The notes below the pieces were generated by a model. The model searched no databases and was not told the origin of the DNA. It saw nothing but the letters and a program-made list of their open reading frames with translations. A stretch of DNA of 64,000 nt from positions 288,001-352,000 of the forward strand of contig CAVWFS010000008.1 in NCBI GenBank assembly GCA_963754315.1, in the 5' to 3' direction. The translations under genes were made by a program, and so were the position numbers. The DNA comes from an uncultured Candidatus Rokubacteria bacterium. Lineage in GTDB: Bacteria; Methylomirabilota; Methylomirabilia; Rokubacteriales; CSP1-6. Shown in pieces: positions 31,706 through 41,974 of the stretch (the first letter of the stretch is position 1; every line of letters begins with the position of its first letter).

Positions 31706-32887
31706 TCAGAACAGGGGGCTGTTCGATTCGAGGCCGAGAATGGTCCGGCCCACCGCCTCGTAGTTCACGAACTGCAGCTGATTGTGGCGGGTGACCACCT
31801 CGGCATCGCGCGCGTACCGCTCCAGGGGACTGCTCGCGAAGATGGAAGTGGTGCCGGCCGCCACGCACACCATGTGAGTCGCCCGGGCCGCGCTCTGGGC
31901 GGCATGGGTCATGGCCATCCGCAGATCCGAGCGCTGGCGCTCGGTGACGAGGTCGCCAGCCACCACGGTCTGCCACATCTGGCCGACCACGTCGAACAGG
32001 AAGGCCCGTCCCGAGCGCAGCACCGCTTCCGCTTCGCCCACCTGGGCTTGCACGATCGCCCGGTCGCGCAGCAGCTCGGACGACGAGCGCGGGACCTTCA
32101 CCTGGGCCAGCTCGACGAACTCGTCGATGGCGGCGCGGGCCACGCCGAGCCCCACGCAGCAGAAGCCGCAGCCGGCCAGGTCGAAGCCATGCATGCGGTT
32201 CATCGGCCCCGTGACGCGCGCCCGCAGGTCCAGCGCCGAGAACGTGTGCTCGTCGGGCACGAACAGGTCATTGACCTCGATGTCGTGGCTGCCGGTGCCG
32301 CGCATGCCGCTGACGTTCCAGGTGTCGATGATGCGCGCGTCGGACTTCGGACAGAAGTAGGCGATCCGTATTTCCTGGTCGCCATTGGGCCGCCGGCGGG
32401 GGACGTCGCCGTCGAACACCTTGCAGGCGCCGTGGAGGAGGGAGGAGTGCATGCAGCCACTGGCAAAGAACCAGTGCCCGGTGACCCGGTAGCCGCCGGC
32501 CACGGCGACGGCACGGCCGCGCGGGTTGGCGGAGCCGGCCGAGACGCCGATCGGGTCGCTGTGGAAGAGCTTCCTGCGCACGTCGGGCGCGAACTGGGCG
32601 CTCTGCCGGAAGGTGTTGATTCCCATGGCCAGGCACCAGCCCGTCGATCCGTCGGCCCGCGCAACCTCCTCGATCACCTGAAGCGTCGTCACGATGTCGG
32701 CGCCGAGACCGCCCTCGTCCTTCGACACTCCGACCTTGAACAGGCGAGCGTTGGCGATCTCCATCACGAGATCTCGCGGCAGCTGACGGGCAGCCTCGAT
32801 CTCGGCCGCGCGTTCGCGGATCCGCGGGGCCAGGGCGCGGGCGATCTCGAGGGGCGCAGGTGCTTCGCGAACGGTGTCGGTGAGCAT
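31706..32887 (-). CDS. Acyl-CoA dehydrogenase-like flavin monooxygenase
   Basis: ADGSTGW, W.FASGC, TWNVSGMRGTGSHD and LERYARD motifs. Confidence 0.88.
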   Translation of the reverse strand: MLTDTVREAPAPLEIARALAPRIRERAAEIEAARQLPRDLVMEIANARLFKVGVSKDEGGLGADIVTTLQVIEEVARADGSTGWCLAMGINTFRQSAQFAPDVRRKLFHSDPIGVSAGSANPRGRAVAVAGGYRVTGHWFFASGCMHSSLLHGACKVFDGDVPRRRPNGDQEIRIAYFCPKSDARIIDTWNVSGMRGTGSHDIEVNDLFVPDEHTFSALDLRARVTGPMNRMHGFDLAGCGFCCVGLGVARAAIDEFVELAQVKVPRSSSELLRDRAIVQAQVGEAEAVLRSGRAFLFDVVGQMWQTVVAGDLVTERQRSDLRMAMTHAAQSAARATHMVCVAAGTTSIFASSPLERYARDAEVVTRHNQLQFVNYEAVGRTILGLESNSPLF

Positions 32888-32900
32888 GAGCTCGACCTCG

Positions 32901-33488
32901 TCAGGACTTGCGGAACGCCGACTCGAGCTGCCTGATCATGTCCTCCTCGGCGGTCGAGACGGCGCCGGCGCCGAGGAATCCCCCGCTCGCCTTGGCGACC
33001 CCCCGGGCGCGTTCCACGAGGCCCGACCGGAGCGCCGCCACCTGCTCGGGGTTCAGCTGCTCACAGATGCCCTGCACCATGTGGCGCCAGGCCGTCAGGA
33101 GCTTCGGCTCGGGCTTGTGCTCGAGCCAGCTGCTGAGGAGATCGTGATCGATGGAGCCTGGCGCGATGCCGGATTTCTGGGCGCGTTCGAGGATGGCCTG
33201 CTTCTCCTTCGCGTCGAGTTGACCATCAGCCCACGCGACCTCGGCGAGCGGAACGACCGAAAGGGCCCCCAGGACCTCCGGGCGGATGCCGAGGCCGAGC
33301 AGCGCGTCGAGGATGGCCTGGTTCGTGATGCCCGAAGCCTTGGCCAGGGCCTCGCGCGACGCCTCCCTCTGCTTCAGCTCGCGTAACCGCTGCATCAGCC
33401 GCTCGTCTTCCCGGCGAAAGAACTCGTCCTCGAGATTTCGTACTCGATCGCCCAGGATCTGCTTGCCGTCGCGTGGGGTATCGGACAT
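32901..33488 (-). CDS. TerB-like helical protein
   Basis: VAWADGQLDAKE and VAKASGG...VSTAE patterns; AAGGAGG RBS. Confidence 0.6.
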   Translation of the reverse strand: MSDTPRDGKQILGDRVRNLEDEFFRREDERLMQRLRELKQREASREALAKASGITNQAILDALLGLGIRPEVLGALSVVPLAEVAWADGQLDAKEKQAILERAQKSGIAPGSIDHDLLSSWLEHKPEPKLLTAWRHMVQGICEQLNPEQVAALRSGLVERARGVAKASGGFLGAGAVSTAEEDMIRQLESAFRKS

Positions 33489-33575
33489 GGAAACCTCCTT
33501 GTGCTCGCTCGATGATAGCAGGCGTCTCGCTGCCTTGACACGTGGCGCGGCCAGTCGCTAGGCTGGTCATGGAGG

Positions 33576-35208
33576 GTGCTTGCCATGATAACTCGCAGGT
33601 CCTCGATCGTTCTCGCCACCGCGGTGCTGACCTTGGCGCTCGGCGTCGCCGGTCCCACCAACTCCCATGAGGGCAACCCGAGCCTGGCTCGGCTCGGCAA
33701 GGTGAGCTTCCCCGTGTCGTGCAATCCCGCCGCCCAGAAGGAGTTCGAGGTAGCGATGGCCTACTACCACTCGTTCGCATGGCCCGAGCTCAAGGCGAGC
33801 CTCGAGCGAGTCCTCCAGGCAGACCCGACCTGCGGCATGGCCCACTGGGGTCGCGCGATCGGCTATCTCGACAACCCGTTCCTGTGGCCAGGCAGCATCT
33901 CACCCAAGGTGCTGGCGGACGGACAGGCGGCCATCGACGCGGCCCGCGCGGCCAATCTCAAGACTCAGCGCGAGCGCGACTACGTCGAGGCCCTCGCCGT
34001 GTATTTCAAGGACGCCGACAAGCTGAATCACCGCACGCGGGCCAAGGCCCTCGAGGACGCCATGCAAGGGGTGGCCACCCGCTACCCGGAGGACACCGAG
34101 GCCACCATCCTCTACGCGCTCGTCCTCTCGGCCAACTTCGACCCGACTGACAAGAAGTATACGAACCAGCTCCGGGCGGCCAAGATCCTCGAGCCCGTCT
34201 TCCAGCGGCAGCCCGATCACCCGGGAGTGGCCCACTACCTGATCCACAGCTACGACTATCCGCCCATCGCCGCCCAGGGGCTCGACGCTGCACAGCGTTA
34301 CGCCAAGATCGCCCCCGACGCCACCCACGCTCAGCACATGCCCTCCCACATCTTCACCCGGGTCGGGCAATGGAAGGAGTCGGTCGAGTCGAACCGCCAG
34401 TCAGCCAAGATCGACGGCGACAAGACCTTGAACAGCCCACATGCTTACGACTACATGGTCTACGCGCTTCTTCAGCTCGGCCAGGACCGCGCGGCAGCCC
34501 AGGTCAACACTCACGCCCAGGGCGTGACGCCCAAGGCCGACCACGTGGCCGCCGCCTACGCATATGCGGCGATGCCGGCCCGGCTTGCCATGGAGCGCGG
34601 AGCCTGGCAGGAAGCGGCCAAGCTACCGTTGACGCCGGCGGCCGAGGCGTATCAATGGAAGAAATACCCGCAGTCGGAAGCCGTCAATGCCTTCGCCCGC
34701 GGGGTGGGAGCGGCCATGAGCGGCGATGCAGCCTCGGCCCGGGCTGAGATGGCGCGCCTGCAGGCGCTGCGCGACACGGCGACGAGCATGAAGATCACCT
34801 ACTGGGCGGAGCAGGTGGATATTCAGGCCGAGGTAGTGCGCGGTCTCGCGGCGTGTGCCGATGGAAAGACCGACGAGTGCCTCGCGATCCTCCGGGCCGC
34901 CGCCGAGCGCGAGGACGCCACCGAGAAGCACGTGGTCACGCCCGGTCCGATCCTGCCTGCGCGCGAAGTGCTCGCAGGTGTGCTGCTGAAGCAGGGGAAG
35001 GCTGCCGACGCGCTACGCGAGTTCGAGATGGTGCTGGTCAAGAGAGCCGAACCGTTATCGCGCCCTGGCTGGCGCGCTGCAAGCGGCCGAGCGTACGGGC
35101 GACACGAAGAAGACCGCGCTCTTCGCCGGGCGGATCGTCGACCAGACGGCGGCTGCCGATAGCCCGAGACCGGAGATCGCGCAGGCCCGCCGCGTGGTCG
35201 GCAAGTAG
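33576..35208 (+). CDS. Exported TPR-repeat protein (frameshift near 35040)
   Basis: Signal peptide; GKVSFPVSC, HPGVAHYLIH and HAQHMPSHIF motifs. Confidence 0.8.
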
Positions 35209-35231
35209 GCGACGCCGGCGCAGACGCTCTC

Positions 35232-35741
35232 ATGGTGCGCGTGTGGGTCGCCGCGGCCTTCTTGGCCGTCGCCGTTGGCGGGGGCGGGGCTCCCGCGCGT
35301 GGGGTCGAGAGCGATCCACTACCCGTGCCAAAGGGCGGCGCCCGCATGCGCGCGGTGGCCGCGTACAACGATGGTGTGAAGCTGATGGTGGAGAAGCGTT
35401 ACGCGGCCGCCCAGCTGAAGTTCGAGGAGGCGCTCGCGGCGGACGAACGACTCGCCGAGGCCCACAACAACCTCGCCTTCAGCTTGCGCATGCAGAGCCC
35501 GGCGAATGCGCAGCGCGCGTTGAAGCACTACGCGCGAGCGATCGCGCTCAAGCCTGATCTGGCCCGAGCCTACATGTATCGCGGGGTGCTCTACACCCAG
35601 CTGGGGAATCTGGAGGGAGCCCGCGCCGACCACGGGCGCTTGCTCGCCATCGACCCTGCCCTGGCCGCCAAGCTCGAGGCCGTGATCGCCGGCCGCGCGT
35701 CTGACGACGGCTCCGAGGGACTCGCGTCACAGTACGACTGA
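35232..35741 (+). CDS. Exported TPR protein
   Basis: Signal peptide; AEAHNNLAF and AYMYRG TPR motifs. Confidence 0.8.
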   Translation: MVRVWVAAAFLAVAVGGGGAPARGVESDPLPVPKGGARMRAVAAYNDGVKLMVEKRYAAAQLKFEEALAADERLAEAHNNLAFSLRMQSPANAQRALKHYARAIALKPDLARAYMYRGVLYTQLGNLEGARADHGRLLAIDPALAAKLEAVIAGRASDDGSEGLASQYD

Positions 35742-35766
35742 GGTCGACCGCGAGGAACGCTACCTC

Positions 35767-37377
35767 TCAGTATGCTCCCTGAATGGCGGCGGTGATCGCG
35801 GCCACGTCGTGGTCGGCGGCAAGGAAGTCGTCGAAACCACGGAAGGGCGCGCCGTTGAGGAAAATCGCGTAGACGAGCTGGCGTCCGCTCGCGGCGTCGA
35901 TGTAGCCGACTTGCGTCTTCGCGACGAGGATGCCCTGGAATTCTCCAGGGCCCATGGCCGCCCGCGACCCATCCTTCACCCGAACGCGGCCAGCGGCCGG
36001 CGTGCCGACCCCGTTCGCAGCCTGGGTACCGTCGACACCCAGGATCGCCATGCTGTCGCGGATAAACGCGCCCCAGGACTCCCTGGTAACGTTTCGGAGA
36101 AACACGGTCTGGTCAGCCGGGGTGGTGCGGCCACTGTCGACAGAGCCCGCTCCGTCGAAGACGATCGTGCCTGTTTTCGAGACCCCGAGGCGGGACATGA
36201 GCTCGAGCTGACGGCCGATTCCAGTGGCGCAGTCCTGACTCCCTGCTTTGGCAGCCACCAGGCAGACCATCAGATCCGCGCCACGATTGTAGCTGACCTT
36301 GAGGATGACCTTGATGAACTGGGCTAGCGGTACCGATACATACTCGGCGACCCGCTGGCTCATGGGATAGGACCGGCTTTCGGGGAGAAGCTTCGTGGGG
36401 TTAGGACCCGTTTCCGCCGCCGTCACCCTCACCCCGGCGCGCCTGAGGGCTTCGATGAATGCAGTGCGCGCGAACGCGGCGGGCTCCTGAATCTGCCAGA
36501 TGGCGAGGGTAGGGGGACTACCGGCCGCGATCTGACCGCGGACGCGGACGGTGCCCGGCCCTGGCGAATCAAGGGCGAGCGGTGAAGCCGCGCCGGCCAC
36601 GGTCATGACCTCCGACACGACTCTGACGGCCGCCGTCCTCGGCCGCCATTCGACCGCGGCCGTCTCGCCCGCCCCTTTCGGGGTCACCGTGATGTCGATC
36701 ACGTTCTCGTTGACCCAGATCGGCGCGATCACGCCGTCAGGCCAGCTTGTGTTGGTCGTGAAGAGCCGGTCGTCGATGGCGACGTTGCCCCGTACGACCC
36801 GGATGCCCGCCGCCCGTACTTGCTTCGCGAGTGAATCGAGACCTCGGAGCGGGTTGCTGTGCGCGACCAATGCGCCCCCGGGGAACCCGGTGTCCGCGTA
36901 GTTGTGATCGAGCTGCGGGAGATTGTTGAACCCGAGGGTGCCGTCTGGTTGATCGCGGAGGCCGAAATTGAAATCGCCCGAGGCGACGAGCACCAGGTTC
37001 CCTCGCAGAGTGCCTTCCGAGACACTTCCCAGCCGGTACACCGGCGTATGGAAACGGAAATCGGGTCCATATGCGTCGAGGGCGGCCGCTGTGCTGTACA
37101 CCTTCATGATCGAGCCCGGCACGAACGCCGTGTCAGACGCCTGCTCGATGAGCACCTCCCCTGACTGCAGGTCGGCGACACGGATACCCCAGCTACTGTG
37201 GCTGTAGGATGTTTTACCCTGAACGCCCGCGATCACTGCGCTCAGAGTCGGGGGCACCTGGCCCGTCACCGGAGCGGGCCATCCTGCGTGAGCGCTATTC
37301 CCGCCTCCCGCCTGGAGGGCGACCAGCACGGCGATCAGCCGAAGCGCTCGCGCGCCCCGAGTCCTCCCGGGACTCAT
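35767..37377 (-). CDS. dacB: Peptidase S13 (DacB/PBP4-like) D-Ala-D-Ala carboxypeptidase/endopeptidase
   Basis: PGSIMK (SxxK), GNLVLVASGD, SYN (SxN) and DGAG; signal peptide. Confidence 0.82.
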   Translation of the reverse strand: MSPGRTRGARALRLIAVLVALQAGGGNSAHAGWPAPVTGQVPPTLSAVIAGVQGKTSYSHSSWGIRVADLQSGEVLIEQASDTAFVPGSIMKVYSTAAALDAYGPDFRFHTPVYRLGSVSEGTLRGNLVLVASGDFNFGLRDQPDGTLGFNNLPQLDHNYADTGFPGGALVAHSNPLRGLDSLAKQVRAAGIRVVRGNVAIDDRLFTTNTSWPDGVIAPIWVNENVIDITVTPKGAGETAAVEWRPRTAAVRVVSEVMTVAGAASPLALDSPGPGTVRVRGQIAAGSPPTLAIWQIQEPAAFARTAFIEALRRAGVRVTAAETGPNPTKLLPESRSYPMSQRVAEYVSVPLAQFIKVILKVSYNRGADLMVCLVAAKAGSQDCATGIGRQLELMSRLGVSKTGTIVFDGAGSVDSGRTTPADQTVFLRNVTRESWGAFIRDSMAILGVDGTQAANGVGTPAAGRVRVKDGSRAAMGPGEFQGILVAKTQVGYIDAASGRQLVYAIFLNGAPFRGFDDFLAADHDVAAITAAIQGAY

Positions 37378-37393
37378 GATCTGCCGTTAAATG

Positions 37394-38536
37394 TCACCCG
37401 CCGCGGACGGTCACGGGCAGGTACACGCGGGCCACGCGTGGCCCGACGGTGGGGGCGACGTGGTGCAGGCCGAGGCCGTGGCGAGCGGCGACCTCCGCGG
37501 CGGTGATTTCGGCATCGCCCTGGCGGCCGATGATCACGACCTCGTCGCCGACCTGAGCGTCCGGCACCTGGGTCAGGTCGACCCGCGTGTGCTCCAGCGA
37601 GGGGCCCCCGATGATGGGTGCCGCACGCCCGCGCACGAGCACCCGCCCGTCATGGAGCCACGCCAGACCGTCGGCTGAGCCCATGGGGATGACCCCCAGC
37701 CGCAGGGGCGCCGTGACGGGAAACGGCGCCAGCTCCGCGAAGCGCTCACGCGGGGCGATCTCCTTGAGCGCGATGACCCGCGAGGTGAGGGCGCGGAACG
37801 TCGGCCGCAGGGGAACCGGCGACGTCTCGCCGGGGAAGGTGATGCCATAGAGCATCCGTCCCGGGTCCACGGCATTCAGATATGTCTGCGGGAACTTCAG
37901 GACGAAGGGCGAGGCAGCAAGCAACCGGATCGGCACTGGTACACCCCGCGATTCCAGCTCATCAACGACCGCCGTGAACCGGCCGAGCTGCCACAAGGCG
38001 TAGGCAGGATCGGCGTGGTCGGGCGCGTGGGGATGGGCGCAGAGTCCGGCCAGCCGAAGGTGTGGAAGCTCCAGCATGGCCGCGATGATCTTCACGGCTT
38101 GCTCGGCGGGCACGCCCAGCCGCTCGAGCCCAACGTCGACCTTGACGAAGATGTCGCATGGTCCACCGGCCGCCTCCGCGTAGGCTCGGGCGCTTTCGAG
38201 GTCCACGAGGGTCGGGATGAGGCCGTGAGCGATGGTTTCCGGCGCCGCCTCCGGGAGCGAGTTGGGATAGACCAGAATCGGGGCTGTGATCCCGCGCTGG
38301 CGCAGGCGAAGACCCTCGGCCAGATCGGCGACGGCCAGCGCATCGGCGCCGTGCGCGACGAAGACGGAACCAAGCTCGGCCGCCCCGTGGCCGTAGCCGT
38401 CGGCCTTGACCACGGCGAAGATCTTTCGCTCCGGCCCCACGAGCTGGCGGACGGCGCGGACGTTGGCGACGGCGGCATCGAGGTCGATCTGCATGGTCGT
38501 CGGGCGGGGCGGGTGCGACCTGGGCATGGCGGTCAT
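37394..38536 (-). CDS. Alanine racemase-like PLP enzyme (non-canonical C-terminal motifs)
   Basis: AVVKADGYGHG, KVDVGLERLG and MLYG motifs. Confidence 0.85.
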   Translation of the reverse strand: MTAMPRSHPPRPTTMQIDLDAAVANVRAVRQLVGPERKIFAVVKADGYGHGAAELGSVFVAHGADALAVADLAEGLRLRQRGITAPILVYPNSLPEAAPETIAHGLIPTLVDLESARAYAEAAGGPCDIFVKVDVGLERLGVPAEQAVKIIAAMLELPHLRLAGLCAHPHAPDHADPAYALWQLGRFTAVVDELESRGVPVPIRLLAASPFVLKFPQTYLNAVDPGRMLYGITFPGETSPVPLRPTFRALTSRVIALKEIAPRERFAELAPFPVTAPLRLGVIPMGSADGLAWLHDGRVLVRGRAAPIIGGPSLEHTRVDLTQVPDAQVGDEVVIIGRQGDAEITAAEVAARHGLGLHHVAPTVGPRVARVYLPVTVRGG

Positions 38537-38628
38537 GGCTTCCACTCCTCGACGGGAGGATAGCCTGTGTCGGCCCTTCGTGTTAAGGTCGCCTGCGCCG
38601 GCACCGACATGCTTGCTCAAGGGCCACG

Positions 38629-39705
38629 ATGAAGGTCTCGTTCTTCGAGACCGCGCGCTACAGCTCGCCGCAGCCTCTGCCGCCCGAGTGGCCGGTGCCG
38701 TCGGGGGACTATGACCGTGAGGCGGGCGCGCAGGCCTACCAGAAGATGGTCGAGCGGCTCCAGTATGTCGAGCAGCTCGGCTTCGACTGGGTGAGTGTCT
38801 CCGAGCACCACTATTCTCCGCGCATCCTGACTCCCGCCCCCATCGTCTCGGCAGCGTTCATCGCGGCTCGGCTTCAGCGGATCAAGATCGCGCTGCTGGG
38901 CCCGATCGTCCCCCACAGCAATCCGGTGCGGGTGGCCGAGGAGCTGGCGATGCTCGACACCTTGGCCCAGGGGCGGCTCGTCGTGGGACTCCTGCGGGGC
39001 ACGACCAACGAGGCGATGAGCTATGACCTCAATCCGCAGGAGTCGCGGGAACGAACCGACGAGGGCATGGAGCTGATCCTCAAGGCGTGGACCGAACCGC
39101 AGCCATTCGGCTGGCAGGGGCGCCACTTCCAGTACAGGACTGTCTCCATCTGGCCACGCCCGCTGCAGGAGCCCCATCCGCCGACCTATGCGCTGGGAAC
39201 GAGCCGGGAAGCCTGCGAGTTCGCCGCGCGCCACCACCTCGGTTGCGGCGTGTCGTACGGATCGTTCGAGGTCATGGCCAAGGCCACCACCTACTATCGC
39301 GAGCAGTGCGACCGCCACGGCTGGCAGCCAACCCCTGAGCAGATCATTTATCGCGCGAACATGCTGGTAGGCGAGACCGATGATGAGGCGCAGGCCTTGC
39401 TGCGAAGGATGCCGGGCACGGCACCCTTTGCCATGCGGGCGGGAGTCCGCGACGCCATTTCCACGCTCGATTCCCGGAACATCGCCGGCGAATCGAGGGC
39501 GCCGAACGTGGGAGGTGTCCTGCCCACGACGTTCGTGGGAAGCCCCGACACCGTCGTCGAGCAGGTCAGACGCTGTCGTGAGGTCGTTGGCGCGGGGGTC
39601 CTCGATCTGTCCTTGTTTCCTCCAGGCTCCCGCGAGGTTGAGCCTCTCATGCACATGCTCGAGCTGTTCGGCACCAAAGTGCTGCCGCGCATTCGGGATA
39701 TCTGA
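38629..39705 (+). CDS. LLM class flavin-dependent oxidoreductase
   Basis: SEHH, PVRVAEELAMLD and PRPLQEPHPP motifs. Confidence 0.9.
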   Translation: MKVSFFETARYSSPQPLPPEWPVPSGDYDREAGAQAYQKMVERLQYVEQLGFDWVSVSEHHYSPRILTPAPIVSAAFIAARLQRIKIALLGPIVPHSNPVRVAEELAMLDTLAQGRLVVGLLRGTTNEAMSYDLNPQESRERTDEGMELILKAWTEPQPFGWQGRHFQYRTVSIWPRPLQEPHPPTYALGTSREACEFAARHHLGCGVSYGSFEVMAKATTYYREQCDRHGWQPTPEQIIYRANMLVGETDDEAQALLRRMPGTAPFAMRAGVRDAISTLDSRNIAGESRAPNVGGVLPTTFVGSPDTVVEQVRRCREVVGAGVLDLSLFPPGSREVEPLMHMLELFGTKVLPRIRDI

Positions 39706-39724
39706 GCGAGCAGGAGCCCTGGCC

Positions 39725-40510
39725 GTGGCGTTCAAGGAAGGCCATGTGGAGGCGGACGGTTTCCGGATCCGCTATGTGGAGGACGGCCACGGCCCTCCGC
39801 TGATGCACCTGCACGGCGCGGGCGGGTTACGCCTCACACCCGCGCACGATCTGCTGTCTCGCCGCTTCCGGGTTGTGGTCTTCGAGATGCCAGGGTTTGG
39901 CGAGTCGCCCGAGAACACCCGGACGGAGAACATGCCCGAGCTAGCCTCGACGATGGCCCAGGCCGTCACCAAGCTCGGTATCGAGACGTTCAATCTGATG
40001 GGAACATCGTTCGGGGGGACGACGGCACTGTGGCTGGCGCTCCAGGCACAGGGGCGCGTGCTCGCCTTGGTCCTCGAAGCCCCCGCCGCGATCCGCCCTC
40101 AAGGCTCAGCACCGCCCTCGGGTACCCCCGAGGAGATTGCACGCCGCCTGTACGCGCACCCCGAGCGGCTCCCGGTCATCCCGGTGCTCGACCCGGCCCT
40201 CCGAGCCAAGGCGCAGCGATTGGTGCAACGGCTGCGCGGCCCCGACCGTGACGGGGATCTCGAGGGGCGCCTCCAAGAGCTGACGACGCCGACCCTCGTC
40301 CTGTTCGGCACCCTCGATCAGGTCATCGCGCCGGCCATGGGACGTATCTACAAGGAGCTCATCCCAAACGGACACCTGGTGTTCGTGTACGACGCCGGGC
40401 ATGCCATCGCCACCGATCGACCGGAAGCGTTCACCGAGGTGGTGGTCGATTTCCTGGAACGTCACGAGGCGTTCGTCATCAGCCGCACCGAGACGTTGAT
40501 CCACCCCTAG
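39725..40510 (+). CDS. Alpha/beta hydrolase
   Basis: HLHGAGG, GTSFGG and DAGH motifs; GGAG RBS before GTG. Confidence 0.85.
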   Translation: MAFKEGHVEADGFRIRYVEDGHGPPLMHLHGAGGLRLTPAHDLLSRRFRVVVFEMPGFGESPENTRTENMPELASTMAQAVTKLGIETFNLMGTSFGGTTALWLALQAQGRVLALVLEAPAAIRPQGSAPPSGTPEEIARRLYAHPERLPVIPVLDPALRAKAQRLVQRLRGPDRDGDLEGRLQELTTPTLVLFGTLDQVIAPAMGRIYKELIPNGHLVFVYDAGHAIATDRPEAFTEVVVDFLERHEAFVISRTETLIHP

Positions 40511-40516
40511 CGCGGG

Positions 40517-41440
40517 TCAGCGGCCGGGGGCGACCTCGTCCAGGAATTCGCGGAGGGAAACGAGCAAGTCGGCCGGATTGTCGCCCTGTACGGTGTGACC
40601 AGCTCCCTCGATCCTCACCCAGCGACCGCGCCGGAAGCGGCGAGCCAGCCGCTCGGCATCCTCGTCGTGGAACACGTCGCTCTGGGCCCCACGCACGACC
40701 AAGGTCGGGCACTCGACGGTGTCCACCGCCGACCAGAGCAGCTCGCGGCGACGCGCATGGGCCTCGGGATCGACCTTGCCACGGTGGCGCTGGTCGTACT
40801 TCCACATCCAGCGGCCGTCGGGCATCCGCCTCAGATTGTGCAGGAGGCTTCGCCGGAGCAGCTCGCGATTCCGGCGCGGGTTGAAGGCCATGGCGCGGTC
40901 CACGAACTGCTCGACCGAGTCGAGCGGGGTCGCCTCCGAGGTAAAGGCCGCGATCTTGCGGACCCCGTCAAACCGGATCTCGGGCCCGACGTCGACGAGG
41001 ACGAGCCCGGCCAGGCGCCCGCGGTGCTTGCCGGCCCACGCCAGCGCGTTGACACCGCCAAGCGACATGCCGACCAGCACGAAGCGCTCGAGCTTCAATG
41101 CCTCCAGGAAGGCGGCCACATCCCCCGTATGGCTCTCGATCGAATAATCCATCTCGGGCGACCATTCGCTCTCGCCGTGGCCGCGCTGGTCGAGGGCCAG
41201 ACAATGCCGCTCCGGCCGAAGGGCCGCGCACACCAGATCCCAGGTGTGGGCGTTGAGACCGCCTCCATGCAGGAACACGACCGGGGGCAGGCCGGCGGTG
41301 CCCCAGTCGAGATAGTGAAAGCGCATTGCCCGGAGCAGGACGTGGTGCGGGCTCGGCAGCACGATTTCGGCAAGGCGCACGCCGGCGATGGCCGCCGACA
41401 GCTCGAGATGCGCACGGAACTCGTCAGCACTCAGGCTCAA
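40517..41440 (-). CDS. Alpha/beta hydrolase
   Basis: LHGGG, GMSLGG and GAGHTVQGD motifs; TTG start after GAGGAG. Confidence 0.85.
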   Translation of the reverse strand: MSLSADEFRAHLELSAAIAGVRLAEIVLPSPHHVLLRAMRFHYLDWGTAGLPPVVFLHGGGLNAHTWDLVCAALRPERHCLALDQRGHGESEWSPEMDYSIESHTGDVAAFLEALKLERFVLVGMSLGGVNALAWAGKHRGRLAGLVLVDVGPEIRFDGVRKIAAFTSEATPLDSVEQFVDRAMAFNPRRNRELLRRSLLHNLRRMPDGRWMWKYDQRHRGKVDPEAHARRRELLWSAVDTVECPTLVVRGAQSDVFHDEDAERLARRFRRGRWVRIEGAGHTVQGDNPADLLVSLREFLDEVAPGR

Positions 41441-41533
41441 TGGGGACTCCTCGCTCCAGGGTGTCGGCCAAGGCGGCCGTCTTCCGAGTATAATCGCGAG
41501 CGCGGGCTGGCTGACGCGTGCAGGAGGGATCCC

Positions 41534-41959
41534 ATGACTCTGGAGACGGCGCAGGCGCGAGTTCGACCGGTGACGGGAACGCACGTGGTCCGCGTGCAGC
41601 ATGAGGGTATCGCGACCGTGGACGCCGAGCGGTCGAAGGATTTCTACTGCCGCGTCCTGGGGTTTCAGGTGCTGCCCCGTCCCGCCTTCGGTACTGGGGG
41701 CTACTGGCTCGGCACACCAGGCATCTTTCCGCAGATCCACATCATCCAGTCTGACGTGGTGCCGCCGGGACCCGACGCCTCCATCAATCCCCGGAGCCGC
41801 CACACCTGCTTCGAGGTGGCCGACTACGATTCGATGAAGGCCACCTTGGAGCGCGAGGGTGTCGCCTACGTCGAGAACACGGTACCGGGCGCGGGGCTAC
41901 AGATGCTCTGCAACGATCCTGACGGCAACACCCTGGAGTTCCAGCAGGCGAAAGGCTGA
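41534..41959 (+). CDS. VOC/glyoxalase family protein
   Basis: VQHEGI...FYCRVLGF...HTCFEV...DPDGNTLEF. Confidence 0.85.
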   Translation: MTLETAQARVRPVTGTHVVRVQHEGIATVDAERSKDFYCRVLGFQVLPRPAFGTGGYWLGTPGIFPQIHIIQSDVVPPGPDASINPRSRHTCFEVADYDSMKATLEREGVAYVENTVPGAGLQMLCNDPDGNTLEFQQAKG

Positions 41960-41974
41960 CCGCGGCCGCCCTCT

